Positions 63,717 to 64,000 of a DNA stretch of 64,000 bases are shown here, in pieces. The notes below the pieces were generated by a model. It was not told the origin of the DNA. It did not search any database and saw only the letters and a list, made by a program, of their open reading frames with translations. Where the stretch lies: assembly GCA_964199315.1 (NCBI GenBank), contig OZ116699.1, positions 29,822,001-29,886,000 of the forward strand, in the 5' to 3' direction. The stretch's first letter is position 1. Each line of letters opens with the position of its first letter. A program made the translations under genes and the position numbers. The stretch comes from Orbicella franksi (lineage: Eukaryota).

Positions 63717-64000
63717 CTGCGGGCAAAGAAACGCAAATTGTATAGGGAACAGGAAGAGGGAGCTACTAAATCTACGTTTACTTTTGTTATTTATTGCTTG
63801 CATAAGTATTGTTTAGTGTAAATGTTATCTTAGTTATTCGATGTCTCCACTGAAAATATCGTGAATTCTAGTATATCTTTCATGATACTCTTGAATTGTC
63901 CCTCCATGCAAAATGTCAGAGTCTTAAGTATACCAGTTGTAAAAATATACCTCACCTTATAGTTTTCTTACTCTTGTGTTTTGAAACAGAACCCTTCTTC

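Overview
AT-rich, intron-rich eukaryotic DNA; the repeat content and gene types suggest a cnidarian, probably a stony coral (inference). Five protein-coding loci were traced by hand. (1) The 3' part of VAMP7 (+, 1-5873). (2) An intronless orphan encoding a basic secreted 405-aa protein with prohormone-like processing sites (-, 7446-8663). (3) A complete 23-exon CIP2A/KIAA1524 gene (+, 12918-28222), with an AT-AC minor-spliceosome intron and a CDE/CHR-like promoter element. (4) An unusual single-pass cadherin (+, ~31694-49946): about 4 cadherin repeats and a TM helix, then a ~3200-aa repetitive, probably disordered cytoplasmic tail encoded by one 9.6-kb exon. (5) The 3' part of a PLAT/discoidin/LamG/TSP1 mosaic protein (-, 51352 to >63716). 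Introns and intergenic DNA hold two Penelope-like remnants (one flanked by inverted repeats carrying minimal hammerhead ribozymes), a CR1/L2-type LINE, an IS3EU-like element apparently built from two left ends, tRNA-derived SINEs and many MITE/palindromic repeats. No database searches could be run; names rest on recalled sequence motifs.
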